Source: Octopus bimaculoides (lineage: Eukaryota). From it: a stretch of DNA of 64,000 nt. The position numbers were made by a program, and so were the translations under genes. The first letter of the stretch is position 1, and each line of letters begins with the position of its first letter. The stretch spans positions 36,355,205-36,419,204 of the forward strand of contig NC_068993.1 in assembly GCF_001194135.2 (NCBI RefSeq). Reading direction: 5' to 3'. The notes below the pieces were generated by a model, which saw only the letters and a list, made by a program, of their open reading frames with translations, did not search any database and was not told the DNA's origin. Below, one piece after another: positions 25,529 to 39,399 of the stretch.

Positions 25529-25792
25529 GACGGCGAGCTGGCAGAAACGTTAGCACAACGGGCGAAATGCTTAGCGGTATTTCGTCTGCCGTTACGTTCT
25601 GAGTTCAAATTCCGCCGAGGTCGACTTTGCTTTTCATCCTTTCGGGGNNNNNNNNNNGCCGAGGTCGACTTTGCTTTTCATCCTTTCGGGGTCGATAAAT
25701 TAAGTACCAGTTATGCACTGGGGTCGATGTAATCGACTTAACCCCTTTGTTTGTCCCCTCTATGTTTAGCCCCTTATGGGCAATAAAGAAAT
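25529..25792 (+). mobile_element. SINE family C
   Basis: GGCGAGCTGGCAGAAACGTTAGCA..GGGCGAAATGCTTAGCGGTATTTCG..AATAAAGAAA. Confidence 0.9.
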
Positions 25793-25794
25793 TG

Positions 25795-26150
25795 AAGATA
25801 GATGCCTTTGAGATGTGGGTCTTCCGCAAATTAAGCAGAATAAGCTGGAAAGACAGGATAGCAAACACCGCAGTACTAAAAAAGCTGAAATTACAAAGTC
25901 AACTATTGTTGAGAATCAATTCCATCACAAAGCTATCATATTTTGGATATACGATGCACCATGAATCATTGCCCCAAAGCATCCTGAGAGGAAGAAAAAA
26001 AGAGGCCAGCAAAAGCTCTTGTGAACTGACGTCATCGAAGAATGGCCAGGAAACAAGAGCCTGGCTGATTGCACGCATGTAACACAACAGAGGAGGGAAC
26101 TGGGAAGTCTTGGCAAGCTGACACAAAAAGGGCACCTGGTTGATGGCTGA
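25795..26150 (+). mobile_element. RTE-clade LINE 3' fragment
   Basis: IDAFEMWVFRKLSRISWKDRIAN.AVL..KLSYFGY. Confidence 0.85.
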
Positions 26151-27261
26151 TGATCGTTGGAAAAAAGCATGAACATGACAGCATTTATTTTCAGCCCCTA
26201 ATCTCTAAAATATACAGGGACTCTGCTTGGCAGAGAGAAAATAATTTCCTTGCTTTTCATTCTTGCTTGAGATTGAAACCACTATTCGTTATTATTGTTA
26301 TTGTTGCTGCAACTGTTCTGGTCTTCATTACAGCTTGAACGTGTTGAATTATGAGCAAAAGCGTTCTAGCCATAGCCATCCGTTTAATTTTTCCTCACAT
26401 ACAGTGTATCTATAGTGATCACATTACTCCATATTTCCTTCCCATTTTTTAAAGATGTTTGGATGTGTTAGAAGGGAGATTTCCCTGATATTTCTATCAG
26501 GTGACTACTTAGAGGGTCATTCATTGGTTCGTCCACGTTCCACGGCTGAGGATCAGACTAATACCAGTGATATCGACTCTAACAAATATTCTTGAGCTCA
26601 TGTATTTTTGCGATAAAAGAAGTGATGAAACCTGAACTTAGAGATAATACATAAACTAACATAATATTGTCCCTTAATATAGGCAAACGTTTAAACATGT
26701 CTGCCTCCCAAACGCGCGCACACACAAACACACATACAAAAACTCACATACGCATACGAACTTATGCACAGAAACACATACACATAAACTCACTTACATT
26801 AATACACATATAAACACACACATACACTATGTAACTTAAATGAAATATAAATTAACTGTAATGTACATAATATTTTGTGTAATGGGCAGATTTATATGTG
26901 CGTGTGTGCGTTTGAGTGTATGTGTGTGTATGTTTGCGTGTGTGTGTGTGTGTGTTTTTATATCACGACAAACATTAAATTAAAATACCTGACAGCAATG
27001 AATTACTGACGTCGGTATGAATGGATAAAAACAATGCTCCACAATGGGCGTAATCCAATAACTGAAACCAGAAAGAGAATGTGTGTGTGTGAGAGAGAGT
27101 GTGTGCTTAAGTAAGTGTATAGGTGTGTTTGTATATATTCATGTGTGTTTGTATGTATACGTACGCTTATACACAACATTTAATCCCTATTTCAACAGAG
27201 AGAAAGAAAGACGAGCATAGGTAGATAAGGAGATAGAGAGAAAGAGAGAGAGAGAGATAAG

Positions 27262-27322
<61 letters not shown>

Positions 27323-27921
27323 TAGACAGAAAACTCGAGCCGAGACGCGTGCGCACACGAGCGTGTGTGTAAAACAAAACAAAAAACAACAACAACGAAT
27401 GCAGCGCAGCAGCAACTAAGGAAGTTAACTGCATTTCATGTACTAAGATGCCGTCCTCACCTCACCACTCTTCCATTTCTTCCTCCAACACTAAAAGCTT
27501 CCTGCCAAGTAGAAGGTGTATGACGTGTGTACATGTGTGTATGTGTTTATAATATGTGTGTGTGTGTCTGAAGGTTCATGTATTTGTGGTATGTGTGTGA
27601 TGTGTGTGTGTATCAACTGACACGCTTACCAGCCAATGGTCGATCACCATTCGTTTATATCGAACCTTCACTGGCGGCAGTTCAGTGGTTGCTGTCATAA
27701 TTTTTTTTTTTTCTTGCAACGTCTTATTATCTATCTTCTCTTTGTTTTCTTCGTACATCTATATTTTTGCTCTCTTTCTTTTTTTTGTTCATTTTTCGTT
27801 CTGCTTTCTGTGTTTGTTTTATATTTACTTGTGTTTTCGTCTTGCAATGCTTAAGCATATTTTTTTAAAAGTACACGAACAACCATTCATGCCTGGATGA
27901 CGCATACATAACTACACACAG

Positions 27922-27955
<34 letters not shown>

Positions 27956-28322
27956 ACACACACACACAACCACACACACAAGTACATTCCTTTGTACATA
28001 CGCATAAATAGGGAGATAGAAGATTAAATGTGTGCATATATATATATTTATGTGTGTGTGGGTGTGTATATGTATGTCTGTGTATACGTACATATATACA
28101 TACAAACATATATACATACACACTTGTACGTATATACGTATACGTACATGTAAATATATAAAATTGTATGTGTGTATATGTGAATATGTATATATCTATA
28201 CACACACATGTATGTATATATATAAACATGCATATTTATATATACATATATATATACACACACACACATATATAAACATATATATACACATATATACATA
28301 TGTATACATATACATATACATA

Positions 28323-28416
<94 letters not shown>

Positions 28417-28695
28417 GACATATCGACACAAACATACATATACACATACACATATAACTAGATGTATATATATAAATGCGTATCCGTGTATATGTGATTG
28501 TATGTATGAATGAATTCGTGTATGTACGTATGTTTGTTTGTATATGTGCGTGTGTATATATGTATGTACATACATACATATATGTGTATTTCAACATCAT
28601 CATCACACACAAACATAAGCATACACAGACTAACACACATTAAGACGCACTAATCTGAAATGGAGAGCAGGGCAGTGAGATGGTAAACAACCTTT

Positions 28696-28753
<58 letters not shown>

Positions 28754-29575
28754 TACGCACGCACAGATACACTCATGTATTTTCCAACACAAACACATGC
28801 ACAGATACATTCTCACTCGTGCCTACTTACCTAACATCGATTTTTTTGTTGTTGTTCTTAGATTATAGAAACGTGAACGCATACACGCACACATATAAAC
28901 ACATGCATAAGCACTCATAGACGTATACAAGCATAAACGTACGTGTATATATAGAGAGAGAGAGAGATGGAGAGAGAGAAAGAGAGAGAGGGGAAGAGAG
29001 AGAGTGTGTGTCTGTGTTTTATGGATGCTGGTGTTTATAAGAAGATTAACAACAACGAATAACCGTAACCTTCGCTAAAAAAGAATTCAATGTAAATGTT
29101 GAGTTTAAATATTGTGTTAGTCAGAAATACAGAGTCGCTGAAACTTTCAAGTTTGGCTGATATCGGCTCGTTAGACAGGACACAATATATATATGCATAT
29201 ATATATATATGCATATATATGTATACATACATATACATACATATACATGCATACATATGCATACATAAATATATCATAGCGAAAGTAATAGAAATGAAAC
29301 TAACATATACATATATATATAAATATTTTATAATTATATACATAATTATAACAAGGCTTTGGCTTGCACCTCACCACTCACTGAAAAATAGACGTCAAAA
29401 AACACTATTGCCACCATAAATTCTCCGAGAAAATCACACTACATATAGGCCAGTAGAAGAAAGAAAATGAATTACAACTTAGATTAACCGCATACATGAT
29501 CGTGTTTCGGGCTTAAAGTAATAAGGTTTTATTTCCGCGCTGACCACTTGGTAAAAATCATTTATGATTTTACCC

Positions 29576-29628
<53 letters not shown>

Positions 29629-29639
29629 CATAGTAAAAG

Positions 29640-29925
29640 TATTCATAGTTTCACTATTAAAACTGAAAGTACTGTCTCACATTACAATAGAGATGTTATT
29701 GTTTCACTTTTGACACGTAATACTGAAATAGTGTAAGAAATAAGAAATTGCTCCGGGCTTGCATTAGGCAAGAAGTTGAAAATTTTGGGGGCCCATGACA
29801 CTACATGGACCCTAAGTAGGCATGTGTAAAATTTGAATGAAATCGGTTGGGTAGTTCTTGAGTTTTAGTGATGCACACATATACACACAGAGACACAGAG
29901 ACAGACACACATTCTCAGTTTTTAT
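29640..29925 (-). mobile_element. Helitron/HINE-like 5' region
   Basis: Minus strand: ATAAAAACTGAGAATGTGTGTCTGTC..CAACCGATTTCATTCAAATTTTACACA, typical of non-autonomous Helitron 5' ends. Confidence 0.55.
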
Positions 29926-29950
29926 NNNNNNNNNNNNNNNNNNNNNNNNN

Positions 29951-29985
<35 letters not shown>

Positions 29986-30296
29986 GTATTTGCCCAAAGA
30001 GCTATGCAGGGGACTGAACCCAGAATCATGTGCCTGGGGAGCAAAGTTCTTACCACACAGCTACGCCTGCTCTGAGTGTGGGTGAATGAGTATGTATATA
30101 TATGTGTGTGTGTGTGTGTGTGTTTTATATGTTTCCATAAGCACTCCTGCTGAAATGAAAAACAAACAATATAAATGCGATTATACTCCACGTGTAAGTG
30201 TATTACTTTCGAAACTTGCACATAGTTTACATCGATAGCAATATACTATTGTAATATTATGAAATCATTTACGGTAATATTAATTTATTATTCATG

Positions 30297-30482
30297 AGGA
30301 CGCCGAGTTGGTAGAATCGGAAGTACGCCGGGTAAAATGCTTACCAGCATTTCATCCTTCTTTATGTTCTGAGTTCAAATTCTGTCAGGGTCGACTTTAC
30401 CCTTCGTTCTTTTGGAAGTCGATGTATATAACTTACCCTTTACCCCGAAATTGCTGTCCTTGTGCCAAAGTTTGAAACCACT
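30297..30482 (+). mobile_element. SINE family C
   Basis: Family motifs as at 25529. Confidence 0.8.
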
Positions 30483-31029
30483 ATTTATATTCATGAAATG
30501 CATTTCCTATGTTATGTTGAAACGACCGTAATTAAATAAAGATGATTCCAGTTTTTGACTTAATGTGTGTATGCGTGTGAGCATGAGAGAGAGGGGTTTG
30601 TATGTATATAAGTATGTGTGAGCATGTGTGTGTTTATGTATTCATTTTCATTTCGACCTTTCAGCAAATTTAGTGTTTCACGTGTATCAAGCACATTTTC
30701 TGCGGCTGATTTTATTTCACAAAAATATTATTCAATATTCATATAAACCATATAAGAAAGATAACAATAATGCAGTTTAAATTAAAAGTTACCCTCTGTG
30801 TATCACACTTTAAACTATATAATCATATAGTTCTAAAGTATACAAGTTTAATCACATCGTATACACTCTTCTCTTTCCGTTAATCAGCTCAACATTGCAT
30901 GAAGTTCGTTATTCCACTTCAGATTAGATAAACGTGCGCCAGATAACATTTCTAATTTCTTTTTCTAAAGAGGTTAACTCCAACAAGCCAAGAGTTACAG
31001 ATAACATGTGGAATGTATACTAAACATAT

Positions 31030-31160
31030 CTGAGATAACATCTTAAACTGCTTGGAGACTTTGAACAAATTCCAGACGACATCGACAGGTGGTTCCATAA
31101 AATCTGTCTCCTGTGTGTTTGACCTCTTGCCTCTCTTTACTGACACCAGTCATTTTAAGC
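31030..31160 (+). mobile_element. Old RT fragment, PLE-like (tentative)
   Basis: ..KSVSCVFDLLPLFTD resembles the PLE motif VSFDV.SLFT. Confidence 0.25.
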
Positions 31161-31382
31161 TAACAGACTAAGATTTTCCCAGCTAAGTTTTCCAATACTG
31201 AATGTTGTCATCCTGGTCAATACAGAGCTGAACCTCTTTGTAAAGTGATATAACGATCTGTGTACCTATGTTAAGCCTAAATCAGTTGCATTATAAAAGA
31301 GTTACGGTGACACTTGAAAACAAGGGACATTCAGTTTTGCTTCACTTTAACTTTATTATTAGTAGTATTATTTTGCAGCAGC

Positions 31383-31439
<57 letters not shown>

Positions 31440-31454
31440 TCTTTGTACTACAGG

Positions 31455-31850
31455 CACAAGAGGGCCTGAAATTTGAGGTGATGGGAGGGTTCATCGATTA
31501 CATCGACTCCAGTTCGTGACTGGTACTTATTTTATGGACCCTGAAAGGATGAAAGGCAAACTTCACCTCGGCGAAATCTGAACTCATGACGTAATGAAGC
31601 GGAAGAAACACCGCTCGTCATTTATTCAGAGACGTTGGAAGGAAGGTGGCAGAATCCTTAGCACATCGGGCGAAATGCGTAGTGGCATTTCGTACATCTT
31701 TACGCTATGAGTTCAAATACTGCCGAGGCCGACTTTGCCTTTTATCCTTTTGGGGTCGATAAAATAAGCACCAATTGATCACAAGGGTTGATGCAATCGA
31801 TTTACCCCCTTGCCCGAAAATTACAGGTCGTACCAAAATTTGAAACTATT
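31455..31850. mobile_element. Back-to-back SINE C pair (minus 31455-31615, plus 31640-31850)
   Basis: Family motifs occur in opposite orientations with a short spacer. Confidence 0.8.
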
Positions 31851-31989
31851 ATCATCAATGTCATCATTATTATACTTCATTGTACGGTATGGATAAAAAA
31901 TACTGACTTTTGTTGTGTTGTTTCTTCTTCGTGTTAACAGTGAATCCTTAACAAATGGCTTTAAACAGAAAGTATCTTTCTAAGAATAT

Positions 31990-32560
31990 GAGCTTTACCA
32001 TAAAGAACAGGGGTTTTTTAAGCATTTGCATATCTGTCGCGATGTCCAACCACCTCAGATGGTATAACAGCTTTTCTTTTTTTTTTTTGTGTGTGGGGCG
32101 GTTTTGATTGAACCTAATGTTCCAATAATAACTGGTAGAACTTCCACTTTTACTTCTACGAATCCTAACATTCTTGATACTTCTATTTGTAAATAGCATA
32201 TTTCGAGATTATTTCTACTTCCTTTTCTGAAATGCTTTTGTATGAAGGATTGGCAGTTTCTGTTATAACGTATACACTTTTTCCCATGTCATTTATATTG
32301 ATATCTGGTCTACAGTGTTCAACTGTTCTGTCTCTCTATTTCGTAGATCTCAAAATCCCATAGAATTTTTTTAGGTTCACCAGGTTCGTTTAGAGCCTTT
32401 TCTGATACATGAGCGTACCATGGGTGAACTGATGTATCTATAGTTTTTATACAAAGTGACCAGTGTACATTGAGATAAATCTTATCAAGACGTCGCTTAA
32501 ATTCTTTCTGAGCTGTCATTTTGCAGCTTGTTATAACACGTTCAATGTTATTAGCTGAAT
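31990..32560 (-). mobile_element. R4/Dong LINE C-terminal (RLE) fragment
   Basis: EFKRRLDKI..VHWSLC..WYAHV.E...KILWDFEI, then KEVEIISKY..IEVSRML..EVLPVIIGTLGSI. Confidence 0.8.
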
Positions 32561-32584
32561 CATTAGAGATCAGACAAAATGCTT

Positions 32585-32900
32585 AGGGCTGGTTATTTTG
32601 TTCCGACTGCTTACCTTCAAAGTTCAAATCTTGCTGAGGTCAACTTCACCTTTCATTTTTTCCGAGGTCGATAAAATAAAGTACCAGTCAAGTACTAGAG
32701 TCGATATAATCGAGTTACTTCCCAACTCAAAAATGCCACCCTTGAGCCTAACTCAAAAACAGGATTATTATTTTTTTTATGATTCCTCGCCTTCTGAGTT
32801 CAAATCCCAACGAGGTCCACTTTTCATCCTTGCAAAGTTGATAGAATTTAAAGTACCAGTCAAGTTCTGGACTAACCCACTACCCCGAATTTCTGACTTT
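32585..32900 (+). mobile_element. Two tandem SINE C fragments
   Basis: GTTCAAATC..GAGGTC.ACTT motif at ~32620 and ~32795. Confidence 0.7.
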
Positions 32901-33061
32901 ATTATTATTATCTTTATTATTATTATCATCATAATCATCATTATTATTAATATTATTATTAAGTGTATGTATATGTATACATGTGTATAAAATATATAGT
33001 AAATCCAAAAAGATCAAACACAAAAAAAACAGCGCGAGGACGTGGTGCATGTAATATATAT

Positions 33062-33134
<73 letters not shown>

Positions 33135-33754
33135 CATATATATATATGCATCACCAAGAATCAACTTGTCATCTATTGAAACAACTGACCAGCTGTATAG
33201 ATGTAAACACATTTTTTCTTCTTTCTCTCTTCCTTCTTTCTTTCCTTCTCTTTTCTATTGACACTCCTTTCAGATACACAGGCACACACAAACACACACA
33301 CATACACATGCACACATTCTCACTTTCTCCCCATCCCTCACCCTCTTTTACTATCCTATACACCCCACATTACTTCCCCCCTCCATCTCTCCACCCCTAC
33401 ACACTCAATAATACTTTAAAAAGAGACCAATCTCTTCCCAAAAATTTAAATCTGAAGAATTTATTAGAGTAGATGAAAGTGCTAATATATGATTTATAAA
33501 AACGTGTGACATATTAATAAAAATCTGTAAATGTACAACCATCCAGATCTCTGAGTACCTTATTTTTTTCTAATATATAATACCTGTACATCACCTCCAA
33601 ACAATCTAATATATATATATATATNNNNNNNNNNATATGCATATATATGTGTATTCATACTTATATATGTACATATGTGTGTGTGTGTGTGTTTGTGTAC
33701 ATATATGTACTTTCACTTACACACACACACATATAAATTTAGTTACTTATATAA

Positions 33755-33795
<41 letters not shown>

Positions 33796-34357
33796 TTAAA
33801 TAATATGTATGCATACAAACATATGCATATGATATGTCGTGTGTGTTTACATGCGTGTAATCACGTGTATATGGGTATGGTATAAAGATAAACAAAGGCC
33901 AGAAAAACAATAGAATGATCAACTATTTCCCTTAGACTTTGTACATTCTGTTACGTGTCATGAACCAATATTTCAAAATTTTAGTTGGTATAGATTGAAG
34001 AAATCTAATGTTTTTACGAACCTAATGTTTACACACACACACACAGCATTCGTACGTACATACATACATACATACATACATACATACATACATACATACA
34101 TACATGTGTACACACGTATAATATATATGTATACATGTTTGTGTGTATATATGTGTATATGTATACACACACACACAGAACACGCGATCAGAACTGTCTA
34201 AAAATGTCATCAAGGCACTACCTCCCATCGTGACATGACGCTGTTACTAAAACAATATACATTGCCATCTGTAGCAAAGACTGCTCTAGGATATAGACAA
34301 TGCTCTTCTTACCGAATACATACATACATACATATATACATGCATACATACATACAC

Positions 34358-34677
34358 GCGTCAGGACTTTCTATCCAACCTAATATGTATATATGCTATC
34401 ATTCGCAAATTATTGAAGTTTTTAGGCTTTAAAACAGAATGGATTCTGTAAAAGGGACAAAACCCCATATCACTGGAATTTAAGTGTGTGTTAATTAAGT
34501 AATCCCTTTCCTTGCTCAAAATTCCCCAGCATTTTGAGATTGCCACTCAAACATTTAGCAACGTAGCCAAAGTACACCAATAATTACTGGTATAAATTTT
34601 AATTACCAGTAATTATTGGTGTACTTTGGCTATGTTGCTAAATGTTTGAGTGGCAATCTCAAAATGCTGGGGATTTT
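34358..34677 (-). mobile_element. R4/Dong 3' end with a fold-back inverted duplication at its 5' truncation point
   Basis: 34358-34600 is the reverse complement of 36440-36672. 34518-34592 and 34604-34677 are near-perfect inverted copies. Confidence 0.8.
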
Positions 34678-34697
34678 AATTATAATTTTAATTATAA

Positions 34698-34879
34698 GTG
34701 CAGGAATGGCTGTGTGATAAGAAGCTTGCTTCCCAACCACATGGTTCGTGGTTCAGTTCCACAGCGTAGCACCTTCGACAAGTGTCTTCTATTATAGCCT
34801 CAGACCGACCAAAGCCTTGTGAGTGGATTTGGCAGACGGAAACAGAAGGAAGCCCGTCGTGTGTGTGTGTGTGTGTGTG

Positions 34880-34914
<35 letters not shown>

Positions 34915-35178
34915 GTCTGTGTGTTTCTGTGTGTGTGTGTGTGTGCATGTATGTGTGAGTTTATATATTTGTGTGTCAGTGTTTGTCCCACCATGGTCGA
35001 TTAACAACCAATGTTGGTGTATTTATGTCCCCGTAACTTAGCGGTTCGGCAAAAACGACCGATAGAATAAGTACTATGCTTACAAAGAATAACTGCTGGG
35101 GTCGATTTGTTCGACTAAAGGCGGTGCTCCAGCATGACCACAGTCAAATGACTGAAACAAGTAAAAGAATAAAAGAAT
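34698..35178 (+). mobile_element. SINE family A, full length
   Basis: Head, core, internal (TG)/(TCTG) tract and tail GGCGGTGCTCCAGCATGACCACAGTCAAATGACTGAAACAAGTAAAAG. Confidence 0.9.
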
Positions 35179-35214
35179 GCATATATACATACACACACAC
35201 ATACATACATGCAT

Positions 35215-35245
<31 letters not shown>

Positions 35246-35299
35246 TACACACATACATACATACATACATACATACATACATACATACATACATACATA

Positions 35300-36215
35300 C
35301 GAAGTGATATCAAAAATTTCCCGGGCTTGTTACGTTTAATAAAAAAATAACTTATTTACCTAAATTTTAACATCATCTCCTTCGAAATAGTCACATTGCG
35401 CAGCAATACACCAGTCCCAGCGTTCCTGTCACTTTTGGAATCCGGCCGGGAAGTCGTTTTCCGTAAGTAAGTCGAGGACTTTCTCTGATTCGCTCTGTAT
35501 CTCGACAACAGTGTTAAAACGGCGACCTTTGAGCTGTATTTTCATCCTGGGGAAAAGATGGAAGTCCTTAGGTACTAAATCTGGCGAATAGGGCGGATGC
35601 GGAAGCGATACCATGTTGTTTTTGGTGAGAAACTCACGAGTGGGGGAGAGCTTGGTGTCAGGGTACATTGTCGTCTTGGAGAATCCAGTTCTTCGCACTC
35701 CACGGACCCGGTTGCTTTCGCTGCATGTCCTCCCTCAAATGCTCCCTCGTTGATGTCCTCTGACAATCCTCATGCACAAGCTGATGAATTTTCTCCACAT
35801 TTTCGGGAGTGATGCTCGTGGTAGTCTTCGAAATCGCTCATCGTCTTTCAGTGGGGTTTCTTCCGCTTTTGAAACGCCCATACCACTCAAAATATTGCGT
35901 ACGACTCATTGCTCCATCGCTGTAAGCTTACTGAAGCAAGCTCATTGTCTCTGTAGCAGACTTGCCAAGTTTAACGCAAAATTTCACATAAGCTCTTTGT
36001 TCCAGCTTCCTGTCCATGACAAAAGTCGCAGTCTACAGCATACACGTGATCACAAAAACACAAATTTCACAACTTGCGAAGTAAATACAGCGATGTCATT
36101 CGGCACATTGCCTCATGAAGGTCACTGCTAGCTCTCACTGCGCATACAACTGTGTGCCGTCATCTGTTGGGAGTGCTACGGAACTAGTCCAGGAACTTTT
36201 TTTGATATTACCTCG
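35300..36215 (-). mobile_element. Mariner, internally deleted
   Basis: TIR CGA.GT.ATATCAAAAA.TTCC.GG.CT, TA at 35298. HPPYSPDLVPKDFHLFP..KGRRF..YFEGD and N-terminal VKFCVKLGKS. Confidence 0.9.
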
Positions 36216-36219
36216 TTCT

Positions 36220-36675
36220 TATCAACACAAGGAATATTGGTGGAACAACTCATCAAAATTTTTGCCAAGTGCAAAGAAAACAGTTCTGTATATAGGTGTT
36301 TGGAAGAAGGAAGAAAACTCATGTACCATCATAGAAATCAGCTCTCCTGCAGAAGTGAACATTTCTTCGAAAATCTGCGAGAAGGAGAATATTTATGAAT
36401 AACTGCTTTGAAGCCTATAGCTTCTCTATCCTGATTATAATTAAATTTTATACCAGTAACTATTGGTATAGTTTGGCTATATTGCTAGATGCCAGTCTCA
36501 AAATGCTGGTAATTTTCAAGCAAGGAAAGTGATTAGTTAATTAATGCACACTTAAATTCCAGTATTGTAGGGTTTCGTCCCTTTTACTGAATCCATACTG
36601 TTTTTAAGCCTCAAAACTCCAATAATTAGCGAAAGATAACATATATACATATTAAGTTGGAAAGAAAGTCCTGAA
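36220..36675 (+). mobile_element. R4/Dong RLE domain plus 3' UTR
   Basis: WWN..VWKKEENSCTIIEISSPAEVNISSKICEKENIY..LYPDY..FIPV.IG. Confidence 0.8.
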
Positions 36676-36884
36676 ACATTTCAAAATCAGAAAGAAACAA
36701 ACGCTTCCTTTGGTCTTCAGTGATATATTTAACCAAGATAATATTTCCTTTCATTATCGGTTTCAAATTTTGGCATAAGGCCAGAATCACAGGGCAGACA
36801 TTGACAAGTCCCTTAACCCCTTGGGGGTCGTTGGAGCGCGGCAGCCATGCAGCGTATCTAGGACGAGAAAGCCTGGTATTACCC

Positions 36885-37040
36885 ATCTCACAGGGTAGAG
36901 GACTGGTCAATTACATCGACCCAGGGATTAACTGGTATTCATATTAAAGAATGGGAGGCAAAGTCTACCTGGGCGAAATTTCAACTCAGAACGTAAAGAC
37001 GGATGAAATGCCACTTAACATTTTACCCGACGTGCTAACG
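36885..37040 (-). mobile_element. SINE family C
   Basis: Reverse complement of the family head. Confidence 0.8.
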
Positions 37041-37059
37041 ATTCTGCCAGCTCACCACC

Positions 37060-38165
37060 GTGTTTCCCCTCATCGTTAATGACATGATATCATCGATTTG
37101 ACAAATTGTTGATCCCTCGGTCGTAAAATGTTCAGGTTTCGAAGCAAAGAAACACTTAATATTATTTTTAACCCCTTTATAATGAACCTTTTTTCGCTCT
37201 AAATAATGTTGGAATGAATTGAAAGATGATAGTCAGGTGGAGCGAGGTGAGGAGAGTAAGGAGGATGAGGCAAAGCTTCCATGTTTAGTACTATAATCAA
37301 GAGTGACAGGGGCAATATGTGGCTTTGCATTATCGTGTAAGAACAACACCCCTTTACAATTGACCAATCATGGGCCCCTTTATGCAGATTTTTCTGCAAT
37401 ACTTCCCAATTGCTGACAATACTTCTCTGCATCAATTGTTTCGTTTTGGTTTAACACTTCATTATAGATGACACCTTTCATATCCCATCAAACACAGAGC
37501 ATACGTTTGCCGGGTGTTGCTCTGGTTTGGGGATGGACTCTCCTTTTTCATTGGGTGCTAATCATTGTCGTTTTCGTTGGATATGATAATAGAGGACGCA
37601 CTTTTCATCACTTGTGATTATTCTACCTAGGAAAGGATCTGTAGCAAGTCTACTCTTCGATAACTAGCAGAGAGCAACTCTTTGATGAAGCTGATGAGAG
37701 TCCCGTTGACCAAGTTGAGATACCTTCCCTAGTTCATGAAAGCGTTATATGATCGAGGTGTGATTTAAACTGTTTTGCTAATTCTCGTGCTGTTTGCTTT
37801 GGATTTTCCTCAGCTGCGGTTTTCAGAAGTTCAGTATTGAAAGAACTTGGCCGTCGAGATCAAGGGGAGTGTACGAGAGAAAAAAATTACCCGGCACTGG
37901 TCAAACCATCATTGGCATGTCCGGGACGCTTGAAGCTTCGTTTCCGTAAACAGAATGAATATTTTTTGCTATTTTCATTGCCTAAGAGCCTCTTTTGAAT
38001 TCATACAGCTTGCAGTGTATGATATGAGTCTGATCTAAACTCATTTTAAAAGCGTGAAATCGAACGAATTTAATGACTACAGAATAAAGTAAACTTCAAA
38101 TAAAAAAATACACTAGAATATAAAAATTAATGCCTATTTTATTGTAAGTATTGAAAAAATACTCC
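37060..38165 (-). mobile_element. Old mariner (Mos1-like) transposase remnant
   Basis: EALPHPPYSPHLAPPDYHL and ASKPEHF.. C-terminus, with many stops. Confidence 0.8.
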
Positions 38166-38844
38166 CAAAGTGATTAGGTCGAAATGTGGCAAGACTTTCT
38201 TTCCAGTTTAATATATACATTCATGCATGCTTGTGCGTATACATACATGTGTGAATGCACGCATATTGAATAGTTTGACATACGTACATGCACATATACA
38301 AACATACATATACATGCATACACGCATGCAAATATATATACATGCATGCATACATATATGCACACATACATGCATACATACAAACATACATACATCTACA
38401 TGCATAGATACATAAATATGCACATGCGTGTGCTTACCTTTTTACCATTTTTCATTTTATTTCGGTTAATTGGGAAACATCTGGTAAACAAAATACTTTG
38501 GTGCTATTCTTTGGTTGCCCCAATTATCCAGAAGTCAAGGCAAAACACAGTATCACATTGCTGTTTACTAATTAAAGAAATTACCTAAATTAATTAATTA
38601 TTCGGAGCATCTATTTATATGTTCATTTATGTATGTGTGTAGATATACGTGTGTGTAAGCGTGCATGTACGTTTATCCGTATGTTTCTGCTCATGTATAT
38701 ACGAATGAATTTGAGTATGTGAGTGTGTGTGTGCGCGCGTGTGTGTGTGTATGTAGTAATTAGAAATCTGTCTAAAACAATTAAGTGTACTTGGGAACCA
38801 TTTATTTAAAAAATGTATGTAAAAACATCCAATATACATATATG

Positions 38845-38883
<39 letters not shown>

Positions 38884-38902
38884 ATGTAAAGTAAACTCAC
38901 GA

Positions 38903-39112
38903 GGGTACTCTTTTACTTGTTTCAGTCATTTGACTGTGGCCATGCTGGAGCCCCGCCTTTAGTCGAACAAATCGACCCCAGGACTTATTCTTTGTAAGCC
39001 TAGTACTTATTCTATCGGTCTTTTGCTGAACCGTTAAGTTACGGGGACGTAAACACACCAGCATCGGTTGTCAAGCGATGTTGGGGGGACAAACACAGAT
39101 ACACAAACATAT

Positions 39113-39143
<31 letters not shown>

Positions 39144-39310
39144 CACATATATACGACGGGCTTCTTTCAGTTTCCGTCTACCAAATCCACTCACAAGGCT
39201 TTGGTCTGCCAGAGGCTATAGTAGAAGACACTTGCCCAAGGTGCCACGCAATGGGACTGAACCAGGAACCATGTGGTTAGTAAGCAAACTACTTACCACA
39301 CAGCCACTCA
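38903..39310 (-). mobile_element. SINE family A, near full length
   Basis: Reverse complement of the copy at 34698. Confidence 0.9.
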
Positions 39311-39399
39311 GGGTGTGTATTATTTTTAAGCATCTGCATAAGTACGCTTCGATGTCTCGGTCCTTCTTTACTGCAGCATATACTTAATGAAGAATCAAG

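Noticed and set aside
25614-25690. Tandem duplication inside a SINE
   Set aside because: Identical sequence on both sides of a 10-N gap is most likely an unmerged contig overlap.
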